DNA of 63,968 nt, counting the filler, from Octopus bimaculoides (taxonomy: Eukaryota), in assembly GCF_001194135.2 (NCBI RefSeq). It is 5 parts of 5 records of this genome, joined end to end, with 100 filler letters (N's around TTAATTAATTAA, not from the genome) between each part and the next. Parts side by side here need not be neighbours in the genome. Positions count along the whole stretch, not along the records: positions 61,137 to 63,968 come from NW_026337612.1; 4 more parts are not named here. One strand, 5' to 3'. The notes under the pieces are model-generated. The model made no database searches. It was not told the DNA's origin and worked only from the letters and a program-made list of their open reading frames with translations. Shown here piece after piece: positions 63,827 through 63,968 of this stretch (positions are counted from its first letter, which is position 1; the number at the start of each line of letters is the position of its first letter). The translations under genes were made by a program, and so were the position numbers.

Positions 63827-63968
63827 TATATATGCCACAAGCTTCTTTCTGTTTCCATTTACCAAATTCACTCAGAAGGCTTTGGTCACCCTGAGGCTAT
63901 GATAGAAGACACTTGTTGAAGGTGCCATGCAGTGGGACTGAACCCAGAACCATGTGGCTGGGAAGCAA
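63610..63968 (-). mobile_element. SINE family A, runs off the window end
   Basis: Reverse complement of family A. Confidence 0.75.

Overview
AT-rich, microsatellite- and repeat-dense animal DNA. The SINE content and (TA)n/(CA)n density point to an octopus, but that is inference. Four artificial 100-bp spacers (44N-TTAATTAATTAA-44N) split the window into five pieces: 1-31700, 31801-37117, 37218-41391, 41492-61036 and 61137-63968. Their adjacency may not be biological. Piece 4 holds the last five coding exons of an NBR1 autophagy receptor on the + strand, with consistent splice phases: a LIR-region exon, a poly-His/Gln exon, an amphipathic-helix exon and a terminal UBA exon. Piece 5 holds one LDL-receptor class A exon. 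The rest is transposon debris: three tRNA-headed SINE families, RTE, L2/CR1-like and R4/Dong-like LINE fragments, mariner/Tc1 and Merlin remnants, hAT and piggyBac MITEs, and a Penelope-like element. The most interesting observation lies in the last two NBR1 introns. The Penelope-like element ends in a unit made of a tRNA-like Pol III head (A/B boxes), a minimal type I hammerhead ribozyme and a PLE tail. The same ~270-bp unit also occurs alone as a head-to-head inverted pair. This suggests a SINE-like, ribozyme-bearing non-autonomous element generated from, and mobilised by, Penelope.
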